Positions 26,121-30,561 of a stretch of DNA of 33,796 nucleotides are shown in pieces. The DNA comes from a virus. Position 1 is the first letter of the stretch; the number at the start of each line of letters is the position of its first letter. Below the pieces are notes generated by a model that did no database searches, was not told the origin of the DNA, and was given only the letters and a program-made list of their open reading frames with translations. The stretch lies in IMG/VR virus record IMGVR_UViG_3300045988_115677. One strand, given 5' to 3'. The translations under genes were made by a program, and so were the position numbers.

Positions 26121-26170
26121 GGGAGAGATATCTAGGTAGTAGATAGTAGATACCTGTGGATATGTGGATA
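26121..26170. promoter_or_regulatory. AT-rich element with AGTAGAT tandem repeat (candidate DNA unwinding element)
   Basis: About 40 percent GC by hand count, against roughly two-thirds for the genome. Contains the palindrome agatatct and then ggtAGTAGATAGTAGATAcc, abutting two DnaA-box-like sites. Confidence 0.4.
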
Positions 26171-26400
26171 ACCCCATCTTTCGTTGCTATGGTGCGGCAG
26201 CCCTGTCCACAGGGGGTTGTGGGTAAAGTTGTATGCACATGTGAATTGCTTGTATGCACAAGTACTTTTCCACAGGTTATCCACAACCAATCCACAGGGT
26301 TGTCCACACGGTTATCCACAGGGGTGACGAGGATGGCCTGGGACCGAAGTCCCCGCACTGGGAGGAGTTATCCACAGGGTGTGAGCTAACCTGTGGACAC
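26155..26400. promoter_or_regulatory. Cluster of ~10 DnaA-box-like 9-mers (candidate origin of replication or DnaA-binding array)
   Basis: Minus orientation: 26155-63 ATATCCACA, 26163-71 TTATCCACA, 26392-400 GTGTCCACA. Plus orientation: 26203-11 CTGTCCACA, 26266-74 TTTTCCACA, 26277-85 TTATCCACA, 26288-96 CAATCCACA, 26300-08 TTGTCCACA, 26312-20 TTATCCACA, 26368-76 TTATCCACA. Confidence 0.6.
26229..26260 (+). repeat. Direct repeat TTGTATGCACA x2 at 21-bp spacing in AT-rich DNA
   Basis: Copies at 26229-26239 and 26250-26260 are identical. The palindrome cacatgtg lies between them. About 38 percent GC locally. Confidence 0.8.
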
Positions 26401-26427
26401 CAACCACCACCACCGTCGGAGGACCAC

Positions 26428-26640
26428 ATGACTCGCACCCTTTCGTTCCTCGTTGGCATCTCTGCCGCCCTTGCCACCCTCTGGTCTCTGGCTCAGCTGT
26501 GGATCGCTCTCACTGTCGGAGAAGCGAACGTGATCTCTCTGGTCGGCTGGGGGTTGGCCTCAGCGATCCTGTGGGCCCTTCTGCGGCCTATCAGGTGGGC
26601 CAGAGCCCACGGCCTGCACCCTGGGTTCCATCGCCGCTGA
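26428..26640 (+). CDS. Small membrane protein (70 aa, two TM segments), first rightward gene
   Basis: ATG 26428 with RBS ggagga, in frame with track ORF 26254..26640 (whose 5' part lies over the DnaA-box array). A strong terminator follows. Confidence 0.55.
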   Translation: MTRTLSFLVGISAALATLWSLAQLWIALTVGEANVISLVGWGLASAILWALLRPIRWARAHGLHPGFHRR

Positions 26641-26663
26641 GGAGCTCTGAGCGCCTCTCGGGC

Positions 26664-26703
26664 GGGGGTCTCGACACGCCGGTGTCGGGGCCCCCTTCTT
26701 TGT
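26664..26703 (+). terminator. Intrinsic terminator
   Basis: 14-bp stem gggggtctcgacac / gtgtcggggccccc (two G-U pairs), loop gccg, followed by ttctttgt. Starts 24 nt after the stop at 26640. Confidence 0.75.
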
Positions 26704-26874
26704 GCCCTCTAACCGGAACGTTTCCGTCCTGTTCTGTTCCTCTTCGCTCGAGGGGGTGCCCCGCGATGCGGGAGGGGGAGTGGTGTTAGGGCCTAGTTGC
26801 AGGGGGGCGACTTCGTACCCAGCCGTTCTTTGTTCTGTCAAACCATGCGGTACAACCGGAACGCATGTGTCCCA

Positions 26875-26903
26875 CTTACACTAGAACGTCAGTCGGTTAA
26901 CGT
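26875..26903 (+). promoter_or_regulatory. Candidate rightward promoter upstream of the T-depleted region
   Basis: CTTACA (26875-80), 17 nt, TAACGT (26898-903), matching TAnnnT. Lies in locally AT-rich DNA with the tandem TTAACGT-T-TTAACGT. Weak match only. Confidence 0.2.
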
Positions 26904-27423
26904 TTTAACGTGTGAGTTCCCCCACCGAATTCGGGGGCCTAGGAGCCGCCACCGTGTACAGTGGGGGGGAAAGGGGGGGCGGCGAAGAGCCCGACCGTCC
27001 AGGTCGGCCCGCCCAACGGGAACGACACAGCCAGCAACAGAACAACCCCCCGACAGAGACACAACCCACGGAGCCCGCCACCACGGAACAGCCCAACAAA
27101 CACGCAGCCGAACCTGAACAGCCAACAGGGAACAGCAACCCGCCCCCCAGGTTAAGAACAACCCGACCAGGACACAGCCAGCAAGACAAGCCACCCACAA
27201 GACCAGCCCACCCCCTCAGAAAAGAACTGCAACCCACAGGACAGCCACCAACAAACAGTAACCACCACCCAACAGAGGGACGGCCCGAACCAGGAACCGC
27301 AGCACACCAAGCGGGTGGGGCGGGAGTTAAGGAGGGGTCTAAGGGGAGCAGGCCCCCACACGCCACAGCCCCCACCACCCCGGAACCGGGACCCACCAAC
27401 CAAACACCGCCACCCACCAGACA

Positions 27424-27446
27424 CCCCAACCCCAAACCCCAACCCC
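27424..27446 (-). repeat. G-quadruplex motif GGGGTTGGGGTTTGGGGTTGGGG (C4A2-type repeats on the + strand)
   Basis: Four C4 tracts on the + strand at 27424-27, 27430-33, 27437-40 and 27443-46, separated by AA, AAA and AA. Confidence 0.8.
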
Positions 27447-27530
27447 AACCAGAAACCAAACACCAAAGCCAGGACCCCCACCACCCTCCAGCCGCCTCAC
27501 CACCCACACCCCACCAGGTACCCTGCACAC

Positions 27531-27986
27531 ATGCCATGGGCCACATCCAACCGACGTCAACGCTTGCCAACAAACTGGAACAAACTCAGGAAGCAAGTCC
27601 TCGCAAAAGCAAACTACAAATGCGCAGGCCTCGACCCAGCCACCACCCCACCACCCACCAGTGGAGAGGCACAAGGGAGGGCACACCGGTGGCACCACCC
27701 GGCATGCACCATGCGCGCAACCGACGTCGACCACATCATCGCCGGCGACAACCACGAACTAAGTAATCTCCAAGCCCTGTCGCACGCCTGCCACACAGCC
27801 AAGACCACACAAGAGAACGCCGCAGCCAAGGCGCGCATACGCGCCACAGCCACACGCGAACAGCCGCCACACCCAAGCGCGCGCGCAACACAAACAAACA
27901 AAAAAGAAAAACAAAACAAAACAAAAGCAAAAGCAAGCAAAAGCAAAACCCAAGCCGAAACGACGCGACGCGAAACTTGGAACTGA
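27531..27986 (+). CDS. HNH endonuclease (packaging-associated type) with Lys-rich C-terminal tail
   Basis: HNH core DVDHIIAGDNHELSNLQALSHACHTAKT. N-terminal RRQRLPTNWNKLRKQVLAKANYKC is typical of phage HNH proteins. The start is uncertain, because the frame is open back to GTG 27315. Confidence 0.65.
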   Translation: MPWATSNRRQRLPTNWNKLRKQVLAKANYKCAGLDPATTPPPTSGEAQGRAHRWHHPACTMRATDVDHIIAGDNHELSNLQALSHACHTAKTTQENAAAKARIRATATREQPPHPSARATQTNKKEKQNKTKAKASKSKTQAETTRRETWN

Positions 27987-28170
27987 AAAAAAACCGCGCC
28001 GAAAAAAACGAAGCCACCCCCTGGCACCGACTCCCCTCCCCCCACACACGAAAGACCGGGGGAGATAGCAATCACGGAGTGGGATGCCCGGAACGACAGC
28101 GTTTGGGGTGACGGCGGCCACTGTGGGCGCGTGCGTGGCGGAACTCGGACGGCCCCGTAACCTTGTTGTA

Positions 28171-28188
28171 GGCGGCCGACCGGCCGCC
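28171..28188 (+). other. Hairpin immediately upstream of the endolysin RBS
   Basis: ggcggcc gacc ggccgcc (7-bp stem), followed by gggaaggagagg and ATG 28202. Confidence 0.5.
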
Positions 28189-28201
28189 GGGAAGGAGAGG
28201 C

Positions 28202-29623
28202 ATGGGCGTTAGCTCCATTGCTGCATCCCAGATGCAGTACTGGTGTCAGGCCGGGCCGGGGAAGCCGCAGGGTGGGGCCTACTCGGTCGGCTACTCGCAG
28301 CCTGACCGTCTATTCTCGTACCGTGACAGCGACGAGGATGGTTGGCTGCAGTGCGACTCGAACATGGACTGCTCGTCCGCGGTGCGGGGGGCGATCAACT
28401 ACGGCCTCCACAAGGCGTGGGGGTACGGCTGGGGTGACGGCCGGCTGTTGCCTGAGTCGACGTGGACGGGGTCGATCCGTTCTGAGTTGACGTCTCGCGG
28501 CTGGTATGAGGTTCCGTGGTCGGATGCGTCCTTGTACCCGGATGGTGGTTTCCAGGACGGCGACGTGGTCCTGTCGGAGGCGGCTTCCGGCGGGGTCGGC
28601 CATGTTGCGATGGTTGTCCCGGATGGGCTGGCTGAGGCGTGGATTGCTGAGGACGGCACGATCGATGGGTATGTGGGCGACCAGACTGGCTCTGAGACCA
28701 GGGTTGGCGACTACGCGACCCACGTGTACACGCGCGGCGGCAGGTGGACGCATTGTCTGCGCCTGCCTGAGGGCGGTGACAGCCCTTCTGGCGGCCGTTC
28801 TTCGTCGTCCGGGTACTCGGGTAGGACGATCGCGAATATGGGCGCCCTCGTGGCCGCTGCGGACGCTGTGGGGCTGCCCCGGTGGGTGGCTCTTGGTTTG
28901 GCTGAGCAGGAGTCGAACGGCGAGAACGTGTTCGGCCATGACGCTGGCGGCGCCTATCAGGGCGGCGGTGAGGTCACGGAGGCGAAGTTCCGTGATTTCT
29001 ACGCTCAGATCAGCGCTGGGGCTACGTCGAACGGTGTCGGCCCGACCCAAGTGACGTACCCGGGCTATTTTTTCAATGACCCGGATCGCGCCTGGTGGGA
29101 CCCGCAGGCTTCGTCGGAGGTCGGCTTCGGGATTTTGGCCGGCTACTTGGGCGGCGACTACTCGTGGGACTCCCTGTGTCGGGCTGGGTCTACGTACAAC
29201 TGCGGTAACCCGAACGACCGTTACGAAACGTACGGGCAGTCTTTCGCGTCGCTGGCTTGGGCGTGGAAGGATCAGCCGCTCGGCGACTATGCCGGCGGCG
29301 GTGTGTCATCTACCGATGAGGAGCTGGAAATGTCTGCTGCTGTTGATCTTCTGACTGAGATCCGCGATTCGCTGCGCGCCGGCAAGGAGGGCGACCACTA
29401 CGCCGGCGACATGGCTTGGTACTCCGGGGCGATCCGCGATGAGTTGCGCTCCCTGAACTCGAAGGTGCAGGTCATCTCTGACGCTGTCACTCCGGGCATC
29501 GCGGGCGTTAAGTTCGACGGGGACCTGTACAACGCGGTTAAGGAGACTCGGAAGTCCCTCGCTGTCATCGAGCGGCGCTTGAATGCCCAGCAGGGCGGCC
29601 AGGACGTCGGCGGTGACTCATGA
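28202..29623 (+). CDS. Endolysin: N-terminal NlpC/P60- or CHAP-like cysteine peptidase plus central lytic-transglycosylase-like domain
   Basis: RBS gaaggagagg. Candidate catalytic Cys in NMDCSSAV and His in GVGHVAMV. SLT-like LGLAEQESNGE...GVGPTQV. The C-terminal ~110 aa are helical and contain no cell-wall-binding motif that I recognise. Confidence 0.7.
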   Translation: MGVSSIAASQMQYWCQAGPGKPQGGAYSVGYSQPDRLFSYRDSDEDGWLQCDSNMDCSSAVRGAINYGLHKAWGYGWGDGRLLPESTWTGSIRSELTSRGWYEVPWSDASLYPDGGFQDGDVVLSEAASGGVGHVAMVVPDGLAEAWIAEDGTIDGYVGDQTGSETRVGDYATHVYTRGGRWTHCLRLPEGGDSPSGGRSSSSGYSGRTIANMGALVAAADAVGLPRWVALGLAEQESNGENVFGHDAGGAYQGGGEVTEAKFRDFYAQISAGATSNGVGPTQVTYPGYFFNDPDRAWWDPQASSEVGFGILAGYLGGDYSWDSLCRAGSTYNCGNPNDRYETYGQSFASLAWAWKDQPLGDYAGGGVSSTDEELEMSAAVDLLTEIRDSLRAGKEGDHYAGDMAWYSGAIRDELRSLNSKVQVISDAVTPGIAGVKFDGDLYNAVKETRKSLAVIERRLNAQQGGQDVGGDS

Positions 29624-29748
29624 TCGTCCTTTTCGCTGTCGCTGCCGCCATCCTGGGCGCCTACTGGGGCGGCCTGTGCGAGGGCGTTGAGAACGGTTAC
29701 CCATGGGAACGAATGAACAAGGAGAAGAAGAATGACTCTGACGGCTGA
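29620..29748 (+). CDS. Small single-TM protein (42 aa) in the lysis cassette, absent from the ORF track
   Basis: ATGA overlap with the endolysin stop. My translation is MIVLFAVAAAILGAYWGGLCEGVENGYPWERMNKEKKNDSDG, a TM segment plus a charged tail. It overlaps the holin start. Confidence 0.45.
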   Translation: MIVLFAVAAAILGAYWGGLCEGVENGYPWERMNKEKKNDSDG

Positions 29749-30082
29749 GCAGTCCGCGACCCTGACGGCGGTCGCTGCGATCGTGTGGCCTCTGATCCAG
29801 GCGGCCCTGGACAAGCCGTACTGGACGCCTTCCCGTCGGCGGATGATCGCCCTGGCTGCGATTGTCGTGATCGCGGTCGGCACTTGGTTTGTGGGCGCCT
29901 ACCCGGCGACCGCCGAGGCGGCCGCCACTCAGGTCTTGTCTGTTGCCGGCCTCGTCCTCGGCGCTTACAACGTCCTGAAGTCCGTGAAGATCAACGGGAT
30001 CAGCGTCCTGGATTGGGCCGGTATTGTCACTCCTGGTGGTGTCGACCTGCGGAAGTCGGAGGGTGGGGCCCATAAGGCCTGA
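29732..30082 (+). CDS. Holin-like membrane protein (116 aa, ~3 TM segments)
   Basis: RBS aaggag. Hydrophobic segments AVAAIVWPLIQAAL, MIALAAIVVIAVGTWFVGAY and VLSVAGLVLGAYNVL. Adjacent to the endolysin gene. Confidence 0.6.
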   Translation: MTLTAEQSATLTAVAAIVWPLIQAALDKPYWTPSRRRMIALAAIVVIAVGTWFVGAYPATAEAAATQVLSVAGLVLGAYNVLKSVKINGISVLDWAGIVTPGGVDLRKSEGGAHKA

Positions 30083-30102
30083 CCTGCCCCCGACCTGCGG
30101 TC

Positions 30103-30139
30103 CGGCGGCCGTCTCGCATATCCCGCGGGGCGGCCGCCG
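30103..30139 (+). terminator. Hairpin after the holin gene (possible terminator; also a candidate packaging-site region)
   Basis: Perfect 9-bp inverted repeat cggcggccg / cggccgccg with a 19-nt loop, followed by ttggtttcc. Lies in the 107-nt gap before terS. Confidence 0.35.
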
Positions 30140-30189
30140 TTGGTTTCCGGCGGTATGATTGGGGCACGCTACGACCGAGAGGGGCTGAG

Positions 30190-30561
30190 ATGCCGCAGAA
30201 ACCGCCGCCGCGGCTGAGTAAGTCCGCCCGCCGCATGTGGGATGACATCACGGCAAGGTGGGAGCTTCGCCCGGACGAGGTTCGCCTGCTGGAGGACGCC
30301 TGCCGGGAAGCGACGATCCTCGACAAGATCGAGCGGGAGCTTGCGGGCGCCGATTACGTGATGCCCGGGTCGCAGAAGCAGCTGCGCGCCCACCCGCTTC
30401 TGTCGGAGGTGCGCCAGCATCGCGTGGCGATGGCGCAGCTGCTGTCGAAGCTGAACCTTCCGGACGAGGAGGCGGACGCCAGGGCGCAGGCCTCTAGGTC
30501 TGAACATGCGTCTATCGCGGCGGCCGGCAGGTGGGGTCTGACTCGTGGCCAGGCCTCGTGA
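30190..30561 (+). CDS. Terminase small subunit (P27-family-like)
   Basis: 123 aa. The sequence ...LSKSARRMWDDITARWELRPDEVRLLEDACREATILD... is typical of P27-family small terminases. Immediately upstream of terL. Confidence 0.7.
   Translation: MPQKPPPRLSKSARRMWDDITARWELRPDEVRLLEDACREATILDKIERELAGADYVMPGSQKQLRAHPLLSEVRQHRVAMAQLLSKLNLPDEEADARAQASRSEHASIAAAGRWGLTRGQAS

Larger units (their letters stand above)
26980..28075 (+). other. ~1.1-kb strand-asymmetric T-depleted, G-poor (C+A-rich) region
   Basis: Hand counts give about 12 T in 27001-27480 and about 47 T in 27001-28020. T-free runs at 27341-27486 (146 nt) and 27839-27976 (138 nt). The ORF track shows overlapping open frames on both strands here. 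Confidence 0.9.

Noticed and set aside
25595-26389. ORFs 25595..26146(+), 25818..26114(+), 25915..26358(-), 26156..26389(+) and the 5' part of 26254..26640 across the divergent region
   Set aside because: They run through the DnaA-box array, GC-rich low-complexity DNA and promoter-like sequence, and have no RBS. Only the 3' part from ATG 26428 (RBS ggagga, two TM segments) looks like a gene.
26155-26400. Possible CRISPR array or iteron-only interpretation of the short repeats
   Set aside because: The repeat unit is 9 bp at 11-12 bp spacing with no spacers of CRISPR length and no cas genes, so it is not a CRISPR array. An iteron or operator reading is not excluded and is stated as a caveat in the finding.
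26912-27766. 284-aa Pro/Thr/Gln-rich ORF, plus the overlapping ORFs 26797..27117, 26961..27155, 26889..27200(-), 26905..27573(-), 27152..27484(-), 27339..27755(-), 27614..28075(-), 27736..28071(-) and 27759..28121(-)
   Set aside because: All six frames are open here simply because T (and A on the other strand) is nearly absent, so ORF length carries no information. None has a convincing RBS and start. I kept the possibility of a disordered protein as a hypothesis in the findings, not as a feature.
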